A DNA stretch of 20,529 nucleotides from a virus (Duplodnaviria > Heunggongvirae > Uroviricota > Caudoviricetes > Demerecviridae): IMG/VR virus record IMGVR_UViG_2974655256_000001, positions 1-20,529 of that record; one strand, given 5' to 3'. The position numbers and the translations under genes are program-made. Below are positions 16,544 to 20,529 of this stretch, in pieces. The stretch's first letter is position 1. The number at the start of each line of letters is the position of its first letter. The notes under the pieces are model-generated. The model was not told where the DNA came from. It searched no databases and saw only the letters and a program-made list of their open reading frames with translations.

Positions 16544-17041
16544 ATCGTCGATTCCTTATAGTATATATAAGTTTACCGCCGATAGGCTTTAAGATATACC
16601 CAATTTTTAAAGAGCGCGGCGGTAAACTTCCCGCCGTGTAGTTCGTCATTGCCGCCCTACGAGATAAATAATAGGGGATTCCCGAAAATGGCGCAACCTT
16701 ATTTTTGTAAAGAAACGTAAAGACAAAATTCACCTCACCACGTCCGGCGACGGCCTAAATTAAAAGAAACGGGCGCGCGAGTACCACAAAACATAGCAGA
16801 TAGGCAAGTAATTTTTTCATTTATATTTGCTTTGCCCTACTTGACAAAATCTAAAAAGCTCGTGGCAGCGATAAACGGCTTATCCCTTTATGATTGGATG
16901 GCTAAAACTTTCATCGCGTTCTAGGGCGTTTTAGGCGGCTTATTTTCGACTTAACAAATCATTAACAACCGCAAAATTGAAAAATAGTTGTAAAAGGTCT
17001 TGACTTTTAAAAATCAAGACTAAATGAGTTAATTTATAAAA

Positions 17042-17566
17042 TTAATTAATTGACTGTTTAAATTCTTCTCTTTTTTGTTCTAACCATAATAATAACGTAT
17101 CTAAATCATAACCACATTTACTAACTTTTTTCTTAGTAATAGGATTCGTAATTTGAGCACGCAAATAATCACGGCCTAAACTATCACGCGGTCGCTTTTT
17201 ATCATAGTAAATATTAGTAGGCAAACCATTAGCACGTAATTTATAACCACGGTTACTAATATTCTGCAACTGAGTAGCTAGGCATAAGTTTTCAATGTTA
17301 TTATTTTGCCTGTTACGGTCTAGATGGTCGATTGTTAGATTGCTATCTATTTCTTTATGAAATAATACCCATATGATACGATGTACTGCGTATTCTGAGT
17401 TATTAATAGTTACGCGATAATAATCACCGGTACTAATATAACCAGCAATATCCCCAGCTTTTTTATTACCCTTATCAACTTTCCACCTTAGAAATGATGG
17501 CGATGTTTCATCATAATAAAAGTTATCATTAGCAAGCTCATATTTTATATCTTTATATTTACCCAT
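17042..17566 (-). CDS. Free-standing HNH endonuclease, 174 aa, in the divergent control region
   Basis: VHRIIW...TIDHLDRNRQNNNIENLCL; aligns end to end with the 169-aa HNH; AAGGA SD. Confidence 0.88.
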   Translation of the reverse strand: MGKYKDIKYELANDNFYYDETSPSFLRWKVDKGNKKAGDIAGYISTGDYYRVTINNSEYAVHRIIWVLFHKEIDSNLTIDHLDRNRQNNNIENLCLATQLQNISNRGYKLRANGLPTNIYYDKKRPRDSLGRDYLRAQITNPITKKKVSKCGYDLDTLLLWLEQKREEFKQSIN

Positions 17567-17605
17567 AATATAGTTTCCTTATGCTATTAGTTTAATCTCT
17601 ATTAT

Positions 17606-17614
17606 ATTATATCA
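17606..17614 (-). promoter_or_regulatory. Extended -10 promoter candidate for the HNH gene
   Basis: TG-A-TATAAT about 40 nt upstream of the ATG; no -35 match. Confidence 0.5.
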
Positions 17615-17673
17615 AAATAGTTAGCAGACTACCTAATAAGTTTTTACTGTAGTGAGAACCACTATCATTTAAG

Positions 17674-17766
17674 TTATCCACAAGTTTATTAACAGCATTT
17701 TTTGACTTGACACAATAGGAAGGATTTACAGCACTTTTGCACAGAGTTATTCACAGGTTATCCTAC
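17674..17766 (+). promoter_or_regulatory. DnaA-box cluster
   Basis: TTATCCACA (17674), TTTTGCACA (17735) and TTATTCACA (17747) fit TTWTNCACA. Degenerate copies are TTATTAACA (17686) and TTATCCTAC (17758). All have the same orientation. Confidence 0.7.
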
Positions 17767-17783
17767 TGTATAAATATACAGGG
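17764..17783. promoter_or_regulatory. LexA (SOS) box
   Basis: TACTGTATAAATATACAGGG versus the E. coli consensus TACTGTATATATATACAGTA: intact CTG-N10-CAG, 17/20 identical. Confidence 0.75.
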
Positions 17784-17824
17784 TAAACGGATAGCATATT
17801 ATATGGATGTCGATTTTAAGGCAT

Positions 17825-17904
17825 CTAGAACGCTCTATAACGCGCTTTCTTGCTGGTGGCCTTATTAAAGTAAAGCCAGTTTTAAGCGTTATACAGCGTT
17901 ATAG
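17825..17904. repeat. Inverted pair of 10-bp-spaced GCGTTHTAS dyads
   Basis: CTAGAACGCTCTATAACGC (17825-17843) and GCGTTATACAGCGTTATAG (17886-17904) pair with 2 mismatches. A third dyad is at 16916-16934. Confidence 0.65.
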
Positions 17905-17969
17905 GAGTAAACGCGCGATTAGCACATTTTTAGCAATTGGGCAAGGAAAATAAAAAGGTAAAATAAACG

Positions 17970-17999
17970 TTGCCCCTAAAAAGAAAATACGTTTATCAT
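17970..17999 (+). promoter_or_regulatory. Promoter candidate for the rightward pre-early operon
   Basis: A-rich UP element, TTGCCC, 18-nt spacer, TATCAT, about 30 nt before the GGAGG-preceded ATG at 18032. Confidence 0.55.
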
Positions 18000-18031
18000 T
18001 CTTCTACCGATTAACGAGGGAGGCCGAACAA

Positions 18032-19042
18032 ATGAGGCTATATAAACCAGATAACGCAACCGTCTTAAAAGGTGCATTGCGCAACCTGCTGGACGGTAGC
18101 AAGTCAACCAGCATTAAACATTTTATTAACAAGGCTGAAACTATTCATCAAAACTTTTTTGATGACTATGACGCCTATGATATGGATGGTTTTTTGCCAT
18201 TATACAAGTATGGGGCAACGCTAGTTTTATATAATCGGGATTGCCATATCTTTACGGGCAGGGGAGCGGGGCCGGATACCGATTTTATTATTGCGCAGGG
18301 TAATAATATTGTTGCGTATCATAGCAATTCAGGCCGTCAATCATTTAATATAAATGGTTTTGAGCTTATTGGGCTTGATCTGATAAATGGACTTTCTAGC
18401 ATTGAGGGATTTTTAGATGTTATCTGGAAGTATTTACCCGCTGGATGGCATAAGCCGGATAACGACGGATCTCAATATACTGGTATAATGGCTTTTGATG
18501 GCGATGGTAATTTTTTGTTACCTTCGAAATTATACCCGTATGTTTATAATGATCTGATAGAAGAAGCCGGGTTTTCTTTCTGGAAAGATGAAGATCAGAT
18601 TATTGACAGCGTAGAAAACCATGCTGTAAATTCTAACACTCAAAGCGTTAACACTCAAACTACTGAAAACAAAGGAAAAAACACCATGACCAAGATTGCT
18701 AACATCGTTGCCGCTAATAAATCCGCCGTTGTTAACGCTGCTAAACTGGAAGCGGGTAAAATTGCACTGACTCAAATCACAAAAGTAGCGGCGAAAAAAG
18801 CGCCGTTTATGATTAAAGGTTATATTGATACTCCGATTGGTCGCGTAGTGATCGCTAACCTGCTGAGTGTAGCGGTTGACCAGTACGCCCCGACTAATGC
18901 GAAAGCTAAAGCGGTAGCAGGCGCGGCAATGGAAGCGGCAATGTTGGAAATGGTACAGAGTTTCAATATTGCGGAAATGATCGATGAAATGGTAAAAGGT
19001 ATTGACATTTCTACTTTTACCACTAACACCGAAAGCGAGTAA
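18032..19042 (+). CDS. Pre-early hypothetical protein, 336 aa (T5 gene 10 position), with a possible internal start
   Basis: GGGAGG SD; first rightward FST gene; two parts separated by an N/T/S/Q linker. Confidence 0.85.
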   Translation: MRLYKPDNATVLKGALRNLLDGSKSTSIKHFINKAETIHQNFFDDYDAYDMDGFLPLYKYGATLVLYNRDCHIFTGRGAGPDTDFIIAQGNNIVAYHSNSGRQSFNINGFELIGLDLINGLSSIEGFLDVIWKYLPAGWHKPDNDGSQYTGIMAFDGDGNFLLPSKLYPYVYNDLIEEAGFSFWKDEDQIIDSVENHAVNSNTQSVNTQTTENKGKNTMTKIANIVAANKSAVVNAAKLEAGKIALTQITKVAAKKAPFMIKGYIDTPIGRVVIANLLSVAVDQYAPTNAKAKAVAGAAMEAAMLEMVQSFNIAEMIDEMVKGIDISTFTTNTESE

Positions 19043-19079
19043 TAATAACTAGCGGGGAAATAATCCCCGCTTTACTATT
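19041..19079 (+). other. Intergenic hairpin after the 336-aa gene
   Basis: AGCGGGGA / TCCCCGCT followed by TTACTATTT; either a weak terminator or a processing stem. Confidence 0.65.
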
Positions 19080-19109
19080 TCCCTGTTAATTGTTAGGAGA
19101 CTAGTTATT

Positions 19110-19418
19110 ATGCAACTAAATCAAATCATGTTAGCGCAATTAGCCGAAAAAATGCCGAATAGCCCACATGTTAATTATTCGGACGATCAAAGCAGTATTC
19201 CTATATGGGAAAAGCAAGGGCGTCCCTTTTTATGGGAACATGTAGAAAGCGCGAATAATTATCATGCTTTCTTTGATCGTGGTTATGGCTGGCTATGTAT
19301 TTTTGTAGATGAAACTTTGCTGGATTATGGAATGGATGAAATAGTCCGTGATGACGTAATTTTCTTAAATAAAGGATTTTACAGTGTAGCAAATTCTCTT
19401 TATTTCCCTGCTAATTAA
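19110..19418 (+). CDS. Pre-early acidic hypothetical protein, 102 aa
   Basis: AGGAG SD; by hand count about 14 D/E versus 6 K/R. Confidence 0.8.
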   Translation: MQLNQIMLAQLAEKMPNSPHVNYSDDQSSIPIWEKQGRPFLWEHVESANNYHAFFDRGYGWLCIFVDETLLDYGMDEIVRDDVIFLNKGFYSVANSLYFPAN

Positions 19419-19431
19419 TAGGAGGCTAGTT

Positions 19432-19926
19432 ATGTCAGAAGAAAAATATGGCTTTTCGCTAGAAAGTGTGAATGAAGCTAAACACGATATGATAGTTTTA
19501 GTTGATTGTCATACTGGCTATTGCGGAGAAGGCTGGACGGAGGAACATTTTGTTCCCGCTGGCTGTGATCTGGACGCTTTCGCAAACGAACACGCATATG
19601 ATAATGCTTCTCGTTTCGGTAGCGATGGGGAAGAAGATGAAGAAACAGGGGAATGGATTGAAAATGATAATGTATATGCGAGTCTTTATCATTATCAATT
19701 GAGTAAGTCCGGTACTTATGTAAATGGCGGCGATCCTATTAATACCGTTATGAAACTAATTATTAAACACGGTGGCGCGGAAATAATTGGTAACAAGGCG
19801 TTATTATATGCAAATCGATTAAAACAGCTTGTTTATATTCCTGATAATTCCCGTTGGGATGAATATGCCGTTTTACAGAAAGAACTAAAACGCTGTTTCG
19901 GCGTGGAAGCATTAGAAATAGTCTAA
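19432..19926 (+). CDS. Pre-early hypothetical protein, 164 aa, with a very acidic N-terminal half
   Basis: AGGAGG SD; contains DGEEDEETGEWIEND. Confidence 0.85.
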   Translation: MSEEKYGFSLESVNEAKHDMIVLVDCHTGYCGEGWTEEHFVPAGCDLDAFANEHAYDNASRFGSDGEEDEETGEWIENDNVYASLYHYQLSKSGTYVNGGDPINTVMKLIIKHGGAEIIGNKALLYANRLKQLVYIPDNSRWDEYAVLQKELKRCFGVEALEIV

Positions 19927-19939
19927 TGTAAAGTTTTGT

Positions 19940-19968
19940 AAAGGTCGCCTTAATCGGCGGCCTTTTTT
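19940..19968 (+). terminator. Intrinsic terminator
   Basis: AAAGGTCGCC - TTAATC - GGCGGCCTTTTTT. Confidence 0.85.
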
Positions 19969-19976
19969 GTTATAAT
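19968..19976 (+). promoter_or_regulatory. Extended -10 promoter abutting the terminator
   Basis: TG-T-TATAAT immediately after the U tract. Confidence 0.6.
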
Positions 19977-20034
19977 GCCTTTACACCGAAACGGTGGATT
20001 GAAAATTTTCCCAAAATTTTTTGGAGGCGTTAAA

Positions 20035-20262
20035 ATGGTACATTCTTCATCTTCTGCAATTTTTAATGGTATGGAATGGGTATCCGTTCCCGCTATTGTC
20101 AGCGTTATGGTTTCTGAGTTCGGCATAGGTAAAACTTATGTTACCATTCAGGGGCTTTACGACAATGACAAGATTGATCAGCAAACCGCCGGATTTTTGC
20201 TGGATGAATTGAAAGCTAACCATTGCACCAAAAAGCAAGCGGCAAAAATCGTTTTAATGTAA
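20035..20262 (+). CDS. Pre-early hypothetical protein, 75 aa (start moved from 19975)
   Basis: GGAGG (20023-20027) lies 7 nt before the ATG at 20035; the ATG at 19975 overlaps the -10 box. Confidence 0.75.
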   Translation: MVHSSSSAIFNGMEWVSVPAIVSVMVSEFGIGKTYVTIQGLYDNDKIDQQTAGFLLDELKANHCTKKQAAKIVLM

Positions 20263-20315
20263 TTAATAAAGGGGCGTTACTTTCGCCCCTCATTCCCTTA
20301 CTAGGAGTTATGCAA

Positions 20316-20528
20316 ATGTTAAAGAATGTTTCCCTTGCCCGTTCTAAAGGTTTTAAGCTGGTGGATGTTAACACGTTCGAGCGTCCAGATTGTAAAATCG
20401 AATATGTAGCACGCAACAAAAACGCTTTCCGTGTTACAGAAAAGAAATTTGACAAGCGCGGCAATTTGGTAGCCGAAACGGTTAAGCACTTTGCCACCTT
20501 TTACGCTGCGTTTCGTGGGGTGTTATAA
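20316..20528 (+). CDS. Pre-early basic hypothetical protein, 70 aa (start moved from 20223)
   Basis: AGGAG (20303-20307) lies 8 nt before the ATG at 20316, preceded by the hairpin AGGGGCG / CGCCCCT; TAA at 20526-20528. Confidence 0.75.
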   Translation: MLKNVSLARSKGFKLVDVNTFERPDCKIEYVARNKNAFRVTEKKFDKRGNLVAETVKHFATFYAAFRGVL

Positions 20529-20529
20529 T

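Larger units (their letters stand above)
11330..20529. other. Inferred terminal repeat / first-step-transfer (pre-early) region; left boundary approximate (11330-11490)
   Basis: Gene order dmp-...-A1-...-A2, divergent control region, rightward small genes is the T5 FST layout, which begins shortly before dmp at the physical end. The repeat itself cannot be shown from one copy. Confidence 0.75.

Noticed and set aside
16515-16733. 72-aa minus-strand ORF (or 44 aa from ATG 16649)
   Set aside because: Poor SD spacing, overlaps the 67-aa gene and runs across the inverted repeat; not excluded, but unsupported.
11397-17631. 12-bp inverted match TAGTCTGCTAAC (11397) / GTTAGCAGACTA (17620)
   Set aside because: Isolated 12-mers are expected by chance in 20 kb.
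12376-18300. GCGC-containing words as T5 nick sites (for example near 12378, 14385 and 18295)
   Set aside because: GCGC is common in this CG-rich region and I cannot state the nick consensus reliably enough to call sites.
19975-20315. ORF-track starts at 19975 and 20223
   Set aside because: No SD; they overlap a -10 box and the upstream gene respectively. Downstream ATGs have canonical SDs.
3605-20497. Remaining short opposite-strand or off-frame ORFs in the track (for example 4510, 4870, 6420, 7488, 8662, 11954, 14083, 14641, 18530, 18820, 19201, 19498, 20047, 20216)
   Set aside because: All lie within well-supported genes and show no SD, motifs or independent signals.

Overview
This window is from a T5-like lytic siphophage (Demerecviridae, Tequintavirus/Epseptimavirus type). 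No host DNA, tRNA, rRNA or CRISPR array is visible. Positions 1-9656 are the minus-strand late head/packaging module: tail terminator p142 (truncated), p143, p144, major capsid pb8, prohead protease, decoration pb10, portal pb7, an HNH nicking endonuclease, TerL, TerS and a 585-aa pb5-family receptor-binding protein. Positions 9742-11320 are the plus-strand llp gene, four small coupled membrane-protein genes and an HNH-AP2 endonuclease. From about 11.33-11.49 kb onward the sequence is the terminal-repeat / first-step-transfer (pre-early) region: leftward dmp, 130 aa, HNH, A1, 65 aa, A2, 83 aa, 67 aa; a divergent control region interrupted by a third HNH; and five rightward genes. The most unusual signals are: (1) 14-15 KCGG motifs phased at about 10.5 bp inside the last small gene before the inferred genome end; (2) a near-consensus LexA box forming the 16-bp spacer of a recA-style promoter, next to a DnaA-box cluster and upstream of an HNH gene; (3) a late-type promoter that would transcribe antisense across all of llp; (4) a repeated hairpin-plus-leader architecture before the pre-early genes. 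All T5 gene and promoter names come from recalled sequences and synteny, not from a database search.
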